Origin: Hypanus sabinus
Lineage: Eukaryota
Length of the DNA: 64,000 nucleotides
Assembly: GCF_030144855.1 (NCBI RefSeq)
Contig: NC_082727.1
Location: 57,908,001-57,972,000, forward strand
Direction: 5' to 3'
In this document: positions 53,446 through 64,000 of the stretch, piece after piece
Layout: each line of letters starts with the position of its first letter
Position numbering within the stretch: the first letter of the stretch is position 1
Position numbers and translations under genes: made by a program
The notes under the pieces: generated by a model
What the model was told of the DNA's origin: nothing
Database searches by the model: none
Seen by the model: the letters and a program-made list of their open reading frames with translations, nothing else

Positions 53446-54647
53446 AATATGATGTTCATTTAAAGTAAACCAGAAGAGAAATTCTGTACCAACTAATGAA
53501 TCACAAAATTAAACAATGTTTTCTTTGTACAAGAAAGTTTGAAATATAATCACCTAAATTGCATTTAATTCTGTAATACTAAGTTATACCCGATACTCTA
53601 CTCTAAATAAAGGTATGAGTTCTTAAATTTGTTGTCATCCAATTTTTTTTCCAAGCCATTGCAGTGCTGCGGAGCATTATGCAATTTTTCAAAAATGTAA
53701 ACCAAGCCACATTCTATTTGGTACTGAATGAATCTTTGGGAAGAGTTGTACATAGTATTTGTGCATTATTGGTAATTAAAAGATTGTCATTTTGTGTTGT
53801 ATCTGGTATTACCAACGTAGATCATCTTACAGGAAAATTCATTTGTGTACATGTCTTGTTAGTAGAAGTTCTCTTCCAAGATTAAGTATATCTGCTAAAA
53901 TGACTGGCTGTCTTTCCTATAATTTAGGCAACAGTATTAACAAAGTAAAGGGGAATATTACTATGATTATATCACTGAAGGATGGGTTACTTTGAGATTT
54001 ATCTCTGGTTCTACACCTCCAGGCAGAGGAAACTGATTCTGCATCTATCCTATTAATTGCTAAAAGAAGTGTGTACATTTTGGAAAGATCATCTCTAATT
54101 GTTTATCAAGGCAAACCTGTTCTGGTTTGTACAGCTGCATCATGGCGGCAGCCATCTTTGGTGAACAGTGTTCATATCGTAAAGTTTACAAAGATCTGTT
54201 TCAAATCCTGTAGATAGCTTACTAAGTTTTTATTGGAAAAAATTGATACACTGTGTCGAATTCAAAAGAAGCAAAGGACGTGAAGTGCAAAAGAACTGCA
54301 GATTTGTTTAAAGTTGAAAGGCTTAACAAAATAGTAGAAACTGCTACACCAAAAACTCATGAGGTCATGAACGTTCAGCTATGGGAAATATTTGTGTGTG
54401 ATTCGGAAACGAGTTATCTGTTTGTACTGTCGTGATGCAAAAGTTGCTGGAGAATTTGCTAGTGACTCAGCCAATAAATGCAGTGGAGAGTCTTTTGCAA
54501 TTTTTATGACTAACGTGACGATATGATGAAGCACACATTCCTCTCCCCTCTTGTTATTCTGAAGTTATTATTCCCTCCAGGGCATTCCATCTCCTCCAAT
54601 AATCATCCCTTTTGTATGGCATGCCAAGGCAGTAGCTTTAGTACGTG

Positions 54648-54890
54648 GTAGAACTCAGCAGGTCAGGAAATTAATAAATAGTTGACGTTTTGGGCCAACA
54701 CCCTTCTTCAGGACTGAAAGGGAATGGGGAAGATGCCAGAATAAAAAGGTGGGGGGGGGGGAGGGAAAGGAGGCTAGCTGGAAAGTGATAGATGTAGCCA
54801 GGTGGGTAGGAAAGGTCAAGGGCTAGAGAAGAAGGAATCTAACAGGAAAGGAGAGTGGACCATAGGATAAAGGGAAGAGGAGAGGACCCA
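54648..54890 (-). mobile_element. Penelope-like terminal fragment with hammerhead remnant
   Basis: Reverse homologue of about 23625-23850; minus strand cagtcCTGAAGAagggtgttggcccAAAACGTCaact. Confidence 0.7.
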
Positions 54891-55505
54891 TGAGGAGCCT
54901 GTCCTTTCCTGCCTACAGCCCTTTCCCACTGTCCAGTTGCAATTTCCAGGTAAAACAGCAATTTCAGATTATACCTAGCTGATTACTGTGTGATATTTAC
55001 TAACCACTGATTAACATGTGAGTTTTCCATTTACCATTCAATTTTTCCATGAAGATTCTATCAATGTATAATGTAATTTATCTAATATTTTTAATATATG
55101 AAATATTGCTGAACAAAGTGTCTTTCTGGTGCATAATCTACACGTAAATCACAAAATACTTGTACTGCTTCGTGGAAAACTTCACTGTTGCAATACGATC
55201 CCAAGCTTCTGATTGCCTATCACTTTCGTTCTCTTTCTGACTCTTAGCTTGGCCTTTGCATTGTAATTTAGAAACATCTGTGGGAGTGGGGTAAAAGGGT
55301 GGGTTGGGGAGGTGGTGTTGTGTACGGAGAGTTTAAGTAGAAGATGAAAGGAGAATTTATAAAACTTATAAAATTCTTACTGGGCTTGACGGGCTGGGAG
55401 GTTCTTTTTACCAGATTTATGAATCACAAGTTTCAAAATAAGTGGTAAGATTTTCCCTTTTCCCTTAAGCACCTCAAAGTTCAAAGTAAATTTATCATCA
55501 AAGTA

Positions 55506-57086
55506 CAAACCCCATTTCCAGAAAAGTTGGGATATTTTCCAAAATGTAATAAAAACAAAAATCTGTGATATGTTAAAACACGTGAACCTTTATTTAACTG
55601 ACAAAAGTACAAAGAAAAGATTTTCAATAGTTTTACTGACCGACTTAATTGTATTTTGTAAATATACACAAATTTAGAATTTGATGGCTGCAACACACTC
55701 ATCAAAAGTTGGGACTGAGGCATGTTTACCATTGTGTTACGTCACCTTTCCTTTTAATAAGACTTTTTAATTGTTTTGGAACTGAGAATACTAATTGTAG
55801 TAGATTTGCAATGGGAAATTTTGTCCATTCTTGCTTGATATAAGACTTCAGCTGCTCAACAGTCCGTGGTCTCTGTTGTCTGATTCTCCTCTTCATGATG
55901 CACCATACATTTTCAAAGGAGATAGACCTACACTGGCAGCAGGACAGTCAAGCACACGCACTGTGTGTCCACAAAGCCACACTGTTATTGCCCGAGCAGA
56001 ATATGGTCTGGCATTGTCCTGCTGAAATAAGCATGGACGTCCCGGGAAGAGACGTCGCCTTGATGGCAACATATGTCTCTCTAAAATCCTAATATACACC
56101 TCCGAGTCAATGGTACCTTCACATACATGCAACTCACCCATTCCGTGGGCACGGATGCACCCCCATACCATCACAAATGCTGGCTTTTGCACCTTTCACT
56201 GATAACAATCAGGATGGTCATTTTCATCTTTGGCACGGAGAACTCGACGCCCGTTTTTTCCGAAAACTAACTGAAATGTGGACCCATCTGACCACAGCAC
56301 ACGGTTCCACAGTCTTTCGGTCCATCTGAGATGAGCTCAGGCCCAGAGAACTTGCCAGTGTTTCTGCATAGAGTTGATGTATGGCTTCCTCCTTGCGTAA
56401 TACAGTTTCAAGTTGCATTTCTGGTTGCAGCGATGGACTGTGTTAAGTGACAATGGTTTTCTGAAGTACTCCCGAGCCCAGGTGGCTATAATTGTCACAG
56501 TAGCATGACGGTTTCTTAGGCAGTGCAGTCTGAGGGCTCGAAGATCACGTGCATTCAACAGTGGTTTCCGACCTTACCCTTTACACACTGAGATGTCTCT
56601 GAATTTTTTCACAATATTATGTACTGTAGATGTTGAAAGACCTAAATTCTCTGCAATCTTGCGTTGGGAAATGTTCCTTCTGAACCGACTAACAATTCTC
56701 TCATGAATTTTGGCACAAAGGGGTGAGCCACAACCCATTCTTGCTTGCAAAGACTGAGCTGCTTTTATACCCAGTCACAATACCTCACCTGCTACCAATT
56801 AACCTGCTTAATGTGGAGTCTTCCAATCCGGTGTTACTTGAATATTCTGTGCACTTTTCAAACTTATTTTAACTCTGTCCCAACTTTTGTTGAGTGTGTT
56901 GCAGCCATCAAATTCTAAATGTGTGTATATTTACAAAATACAATTAAGTTGGTCAGTAAAACTATTGAAATTCTTTTCTTTGTACTTTTGTCAGTTAAAT
57001 AGGGGTTCATGTGAATTAACATATCAGAGATTCTTGTATTTATTGCATTTTGGGAAATATCCCAACTTTTCTGGAAATGGGGTTTG
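55506..57086 (-). mobile_element. full-length but inactivated Tc1-family transposon (long inverted repeats)
   Basis: TA|CAAACCCCATTTCCAGAAAAGTTGGGA at both ends, inverted repeats of about 200 bp. Transposase from ATG 56738 (MGCGSPLCAK..ISQRKIAENLGLSTSTVHNIVKKF; ARRKP; VMVWGC; FQQDNARP) with stops and frameshifts. Confidence 0.93.
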
Positions 57087-58339
57087 TACATATATGTCAC
57101 CATATACAAACCCTGAGATTAATTTTCTTGCAGGCAATCGCAGTTAGTACAAGAAATCCAATGCACTTTTGTAAAGAAGTGACCTGTATAGATGACATGC
57201 AAAACAAATTTCTTCACTACATTTCAGTACATGCGGCAATAATTACCTTACTAGTCTGTTTAAGACAGTATAGGAAAAAAAGTATTTTGTTTTCTATCTT
57301 AGAGTTAGTTGAAAGAAGTTCATCAATTTCTGTGGTAGAAGGTGACCTTTATCTTGCTGAGTGGCAGAGGATTGAAGGTTTAGGAGGCCTACTGTACTTT
57401 TTCTGTGTTGAACAAGTACCTTGCTTTTATATATGGACATGGTACAGCCTTCTGTGTCCAACTGTTTCAGGAAATTCAGCAAAAGAGCACTTTAGCCTTA
57501 GTTTTTGAACTTCTTTCTTGTGGTCATTTGTAAACTTGAAGTTGTCCATTCTGTCAGGAAGAATGCAAATAAAGAAGCAAGGGATCTAAGTATCCTAGGG
57601 AATATCTGCAAAAGGTACAGTGAGTAATTTGGAAAGCTAAGGGAATGTTAATGTTAATCCTCGGAGTTGGATACCAAATTGAAAGGTTAGGCTCTGTGGG
57701 CTATTGCTGAGGCCACATCAGGCGGGCCGTGTAAAGTCCATTCATTTGTTAAGTGCCATGTCATATGACATAGGTGATCAGGGTCCTTTCTTGACCATGA
57801 CTGCCCTTAGCAAATTTTTCTACAGAACTGGTTTGCCATTGCCTTCTGGGCAGTGTCTTTACAAGATGGGTGACTCCAGCCATTATCAATGCTCTTCAGA
57901 GATTGTTTGCTTGGTGCTCGCATAACCAGGAATTGTGATGTGCACCAGCTGCTCTACCACCTGCTCCCATGGCTTCACGTGACCCTGATTGGCAGAGGCT
58001 AAGTAAGTGTTACACCTTGCCCAAAGGTCACCTGCAGGCTAGAGGAGAGAAGGAGTGCTTTACACCTCTTTTTGTAAATGCATATCTCCACCCTGGCCAC
58101 CCAAAGCACAGTATTGGTTGTAAATGCATTGAAAGCTTAGAGGGATTTACTTGACTAATAGCTGAAATAGTCAGTTGTCCTTTAAGAAAAGGTTCAATGG
58201 GCTTTTATCGCTGACAACTTGAGGAATGAGAAGAGACTTACTTAAAGCAGAAGATACTGAAGTCTTGATGCAGAGATAATTTTCTTCTAGGATAATCAAA
58301 AGTTAAAGGTCACTTGTTTATACAGGATTTCCCAGTTAA

Positions 58340-58947
58340 GAAGATAGAGTCCACTGCCAAGAAGGCCCACCAGCGCCTTTACTTCCTGAGAAAGCTGAAG
58401 AAATTTGGCCTGTCCTCTAAAACCCTCACTAATTTTTATAGATGCACAATAGAAAGCATTCTTCTAGGGTGCATCACAACCTGGTATGGAAGTTGTCCTG
58501 TCCAAGACCAGAATAAGCTGCAGAAGATCATGAACATGGCCTAGCACATCACACAAACCAATCTAACATCCTTGGACTCACTTTACACCGCACGTTGTTT
58601 GAGCAGTGCTGCCAGGATAATCAAGGACATGACCCAGCCAGCCAACACACTTTTTGTCCCTCTTCCAGAAGAAGGTTCAGGAGCTTGAAGATTCATACGG
58701 CAGGATTTGGGAACAGCTTCTTTCCAACTGTGATAAGACTGCTGAACGGATCCTGACCCAGATCTGGGCCGTCCCTGACTTGCACTACCTTACTTTCCCT
58801 TTTCTATTTTCTAATTATGATTTATAATTTAAATTTTTATTATATTTACTTTGACTTGTACTTCAGGGAGCACGAAGCGCAGAATCAAATATCACTGTGA
58901 TAATTGTACACTCTAGTATCAATTGTTTGGTGACCATAAAGTAAAGT
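58340..58947 (+). mobile_element. Rex1/Babar-like LINE 3' fragment (similar debris at about 16110-16560(-), 21110-21735, 59945-60880(-))
   Basis: KKAHQRLYFLRKLKKFGL....TNFYRCTIESILLGCITTWYG motif, followed by a 3' UTR and (taaag)n tail. Confidence 0.8.
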
Positions 58948-59179
58948 AGAGCAAAATATTTTCTTAAAGGAAGTTGTTGGTTCTTGGAACTCTCTTAAAG
59001 GCTGTTGGAGTATTTCACTGTTTTAAAGGCTGAGTTGATGAACTTTTGATAGGTAAGAATGTGAAAGGTTACTGGGATTAAGTGAGAATATGGAATTGAA
59101 TTTGCATTCAGATCAATTCCCTTTTCTCTCTTTCCCCAGCCTTTTCTCAGAATCAGAATCAGGTTTATTGTCACTGACA

Positions 59180-59386
59180 CACACAAAATGCTTGTGGAAC
59201 ACAGCAGGCCAGGCAGCATCTATAGGGAGAAGCGCTGTCAATGTTTTGGGCCGAGACCCTTCATCAGGACTAACGGTTAACATCTATAGCTTCTCCCTAT
59301 AGATGCTGCCTGGCCTGCTGTGTTCCACCAGCATTTTGTGTGTGTTGCTTGAATTTCCAGCACCTGCAAATTTCCTTGTGTTTGCC
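59180..59386. mobile_element. Penelope-derived inverted-terminal insertion
   Basis: 57-bp inverted arms (59177-59233 and 59289-59345, one mismatch); 15-bp TSD ttattgtcactgaca (59165-59179 and 59387-59401). Confidence 0.8.
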
Positions 59387-59403
59387 TTATTGTCACTGAC
59401 ATA

Positions 59404-59941
59404 CACTTGGTGGCCACTCTATTAAGTACACCAGTACACATACTGACTAACTTAAGTAGATAGTCAGCTGATCATGTGGCAACAACTCAATACGTAAAAG
59501 CATGCAGACATGGCCAAGAGGTTTAGTTGTTCAGACTAAACATCAGAATGGGGGAAGACATATGATACAAGTGTCTTTGACCGTGCAGTTATTGCTGGTG
59601 CCAGGCGGGGTTGTTTGAGTATCTCAGAAACTGCTGATACCTTGGGATTTTCGCACACAACAATCTCTTAAGAGTTTACTGAGAATGGTGTGAAAAACAA
59701 GAAAACATCCAGTGAGTGGCAGTACCGAGGGTGTAGACACCTTATTAATGAGAGAGGTCAGAGGAGAATGGCCAGACTGGTTCAAGTTGATGGGAAGGTG
59801 ACAGTAACACAAATGATCGCCAAAAGTGGTGTGCAAAGAGCATCTAAATGCACAACACATCAAACCTTAAAGTGGATGAGTCACAGCAGCAGAAGTCCAT
59901 GAACATATAGTCAGTGGTTGCCTAAAAGGAGGCCACTGAGT
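59404..59941 (+). mobile_element. non-autonomous Tc1-like DNA element, copy 2
   Basis: ta|cacttggtggccact ... ggccactgagta ends; reverse homologue of 22175-22691. Confidence 0.7.
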
Positions 59942-62900
59942 ATACATCATGAAATGCAATGTTTTGTGGCAGCAGTACCGTGCAATGCATACAAAATTAC
60001 TATGTTACAAAACATAAATGAATAGTGCAAAAAGAGAGCAAAATAGATAGTGTCTGTGATTCAAGGGTCATTGAGAAATCTGATGGTGGAGGGGAAGAAC
60101 TCGCTCCTAAAATTTTGAGTGCATGTCCTCGAGCTCCTGTACCACCTCCCGTACTTCTCCTGTCGTGAGAAGTTAGCATGTTGTGGATGATGAGGGTACT
60201 TAATGATGGATGTTGTATTTTGAAGAAGTCCTTGAGTTGGGAGGTTAGTGCCGGTGATAGAGCTGGTTGAGTCCACACCCCTCTGCAGCTTTTCTTGGGG
60301 ATTCCATAACGGACAGTGATGCAAGCAGTGAGAATGCTCTCAACAATACGTGTCGAAATGTGCTAGAGTCTTTAGTGATATACTAAGTCCCCTTAAACTT
60401 CAAAGTTCATAATGGGTCACCATCAATAACCATGAAACTTACTTTTTTCTGGGTGTACTCAACAAATCCTATTGAAATATAGCTGCTGGCGTGTCTTCTT
60501 CATGATTGCATCAGGAAAAGATCACCTGAGATATTGATGCCCGGGAACGTGAAGCTGCTCACCCTTTCCGCTGCTGAGGCCTCAATGAGGATGGGTGAGT
60601 GTTCTCCTGACTTCCCCTTCCTGGCATTGAGAACAAGGTTGTTGTAGGGGCACCACTCGGTCAGCTGATCTACCTCACTCTTGTATGCCTCCTCATCTCC
60701 ATATGCAATTCCACCAAAAACAGTTCTGTCATTGGAGAATTTATAGTTTGCATTTGAACTGTGTCTAGGCACACAGTCATGGGTGTAGAGAGGGTAGAGC
60801 AGTGGGCTAACATGTATCCTTGAGGTGCACCTCAGTTGATTGTCAGTGAAGAGGAGATGTTATTTCTAATCTGTACTGATATGTCAACACCGACTGCAAT
60901 TTGCAATCTATTGAATTTTTTTCTCTTGATCTGATGGAAGGATGTTGACCTGGAATGGTTAGCTATGATCATCCATGAATGCTTCCCAACTTTCTGAGCA
61001 TTTCCAGTGTCTTGTTTACATGCTTAAAATTTTTTCTTAAGTACCTCAAGTCGATCAGTATCTCACACAACAATCTTTGATTTTGCCTTTAAAGTAACCT
61101 TGCATGTGGCATTCAGATGGAATGGTGGAGCCGTCTCGATGGGCTGAACAGCCTGATTCTGCTCCTACCATTAGATCTTATAACGGTCTAATTAAGTTGC
61201 CCGGTTGTAGCCAAATTATGATCATCGGCTCTGGCCTCTGATTAAAATTCTGAGTAAAAGCTTCCCGAGGTAGTTTTCTTAGTTTTTCTCTAATATATTC
61301 TCTATATTACCAGCGAACTGGGATCAATTCCTGCCGCTCCCTGTAAGAACTTCATATGTTCTCACCATGACTGCCTGGGTTCCTCTGGGTGCTCCGGTTT
61401 CCTTCCACAGTCTAAAGACATTCCGATTGGTAGTTTAATTGGTCATTGTAAATTGTCCCATCATTAGCCTAGGGTTAAATAGGGAGTTGCTAGGTGGCAT
61501 GGCCAGAAGGGCTGGAAGGTCCTACTCAATACATAAATAAATAAAAATAAAATTACTGAATCTAAGCCTGTCATAATGCTTGACATTCATCCTAATTTGA
61601 GTTTAATTTGTAAAATAGCAATTAAACATTTAATTAAATACACCCTCTTCTCAATGGTCTAACGTTATGCTGTGGCTCAATTTGTGTTTGCAGTATAAAA
61701 GAAAGTGCACTTGTGACATTGATGGTGCCCATATGCCCCTTGTCCTTGTGTAGACTCTGCAGGAGCTGTCTCTCTGCTCCTTCCCCTCCACTGTGTAATC
61801 CTAGACTGTTGCTATGTACCCTTCCTTTCACCAGATTTTGTTGAGTTTGACATTTTGCAGCTGAATTTTATAAAGCTCTAGAGTTCGTGAGCCTTGAACC
61901 AATTTTCCCCTTTATTCCTTCTGCAACTTGCCAACTTAGAAAGGTGATTTTCTTATTTTGGTTCACATTCTTTGACTCTTTGTCAGATTTCTGGTCTGCT
62001 TCATAATAAGAATTTTCATGTTTTCTCACTTTATAGTTCAGATTGTTGTCATCTGCACCATTTTGCTTTTAATGTTATTTTCAATAAAGTCAGCATGGTT
62101 ACCCTGAAGGCATACTTTTCTATTTTGTACAAAGTGAAGGAATGCCATACCAATAAGAACTAGACGCAGGCAGGTTGTGCTCCATTGCCCTCCATTTTGG
62201 TGTTAGGGATTATTATTTAGTTTCAAGATTTAAAGGATTCAAAGTACATTTATTTGTTAAAGTATGGTTGCAGCATACAACTCTGAGATTCACCTTCCCC
62301 ATAGACAGCACCAAAACAAAGAAAACCATGGAACCCATTCAAAGAAAATAACACCCCCCCCAACCACATGCAGAAAAATGCAAACTGCAACAAAAAAGCG
62401 AAAACACAGAATATAAAACACAAAATCGAAAGAGTCCAGGCATATTCAGTTCAGCTCAGTGTTCCAAATGAACACTGAGCAAATAAACTTCTTACTCCAA
62501 ATGACTGAATTCTCCTTTATGTTATCATTTTGATGTCCGGAATCTGTCCTCATTTGCAGTGACCAGATAATTTTTGCATGCAGTGACAAACTAACGTAGG
62601 TAAGTGAGGTAGGTGAAGACACCTGGAATACAAAAACTGGCAGCCACTGATAACTGATTCGGAGAAGGAAAAACCCTTTTGAAACTTTGACCAGCAGACC
62701 GTTGAATGTTCAAACCCACAACTTGGTCGTTCTTTAATATAAATATAATCACCGTGCAAATCCTTTATTTTGTGTCCAAATGCCTTCAATAATAGTGTGT
62801 TTCTTACCAGTTTAAACATAGACTAAATGCAGTAATTTTCCTAATGACATTTGGATTCTTCGGTTAGGCATACTTTAGATTTGTCTGGATGTTGCAATGT

Positions 62901-64000
62901 ACCTACTCATTTTTTTATTATGCAGTCTGTGGATGCATCCATTATTTTATTGGCCAGTAAGTGTTCAGCATGGACTAGAAGGGCCAAGATGGCCTGTTCC
63001 TGTGCTGTAATTGTTATATGGTTATATGGTTATCTTAGCAAGACAAGATCCTTATGCGTAATAGCTTGTGTGAATAAAATTAAATGGCTGTGGCCAGTTA
63101 ATATTAAGTAGCAAATATGGGAATAAAATTTATTTATGGGCTTCAAGAAGTTGAATTGTATTATTCATGAGTGTGTCAGCCTTTAAACTAGGTTCAGGTC
63201 CTCATATGGACTGGCAAATCTCAGAGCCTAGCAGAACAAATTTGATAACAAGGAACAGTGTGTGCCATTAAGACTGTGGTTTTTGCTTAATGGGCAAGTT
63301 GGGAGTAATTGTTCTGTTTGAAAAAGTGTACATGGTTAACTGAATGGCTTTCATAAGAAGTTATAATCATAAATGGATTGGGTTGATGCATTTGAAGAAA
63401 GATTTATTGCCATGATATATTGTAGGGGTTCCCAACCTGGGGTCCACAGGTCCCTCGGTTAATGGTAAGGATCCATTGCATAAAAAAGGTTGGGAACCCC
63501 TGGATTCCAGTATGATTGATATGAGTAATGATTAATATAGTCTACCAGCAGCACTATCCCAAGGCTAATCCTCATTTTACTGAGGATCTAGGTATTCACT
63601 GAGCTACAAACATAGGCTTCTAATGTTCCATAATATTGACCTGAAGCATGTCAAATCTCAAGAGACTAGCTCAGCATGGTTTCGATAGGGGTTCCACAAG
63701 TGTTAAGAGACATGCAGAAACAGACTAACTCTTTGGTCTTTTGTTCTCAAGCTGTTGGCCCCTGAGTCCAGGAAAGAATCCAGCTGCTATCAGCAAATAT
63801 TAGACATTAACAGACCTAGTGTTTAACTTATACAGACACCTTACATGCTGCAAACTCACAAAGAGTTAATGTGTCACTTGGAACTGTTCAGACTTTCGTC
63901 CAATATCTTACAAAGATTAATACAACACACTCTTTTATAATAATTGGAAGTGATACATGATTACGTTCACTGCTGTAAAGTGGGAAACATGGTGATCAGT

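Noticed and set aside
54523-54562. C-box ATGATGA and D-box CTGA suggesting a C/D snoRNA
   Set aside because: Too short, no terminal stem, not in a known intron.
57050-57508. 152-aa ORF
   Set aside because: Starts inside the Tc1 inverted repeat and runs through a LINE tail; no recognisable domain.
62560-62605. Strong donor-like AG|GTAAGT with an upstream cag acceptor (40-nt candidate exon)
   Set aside because: Stops in all three frames and no supporting transcript evidence; at most a non-coding exon.
53700-64000. SFXN4, expected downstream of PRDX3 from human gene order
   Set aside because: No sideroflexin-like exon could be recognised by eye; a tBLASTn search is needed.

Overview
This is vertebrate genomic DNA. 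The repeat content (HE1-type V-SINEs, CR1, Penelope with hammerhead termini, Rex1/Babar-like LINE tails) points to a cartilaginous fish, probably a ray; that assignment is inference. The ORF track is almost entirely noise or transposon debris. Reading exons by hand gives three spliced genes. (1) GRK5 first coding exon on the minus strand (6132-6183), with the rest of the gene outside the window to the left. (2) A complete 4-exon LSM1-type gene on the minus strand (24932-40279, 133 aa). (3) A complete 7-exon PRDX3 on the plus strand (40530-52713, 250 aa). LSM1 and PRDX3 are head-to-head with 250 bp between their start codons. The most notable point is that an intact LSM1 lies between GRK5 and PRDX3. 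In human these two genes are neighbours on 10q26 and LSM1 sits on the paralogous 8p11 block, which suggests a retained or reciprocally lost whole-genome-duplication copy. The rest is dense, often nested transposon DNA: solo LTRs, a hAT inside an LTR, a full-length dead Tc1, a Tigger-like element, Penelope fragments with decayed hammerhead ribozymes, RTE-tailed non-autonomous elements and MITEs. There are two assembly gaps. I found no prokaryote-type system (CRISPR, operon, rRNA/tRNA).
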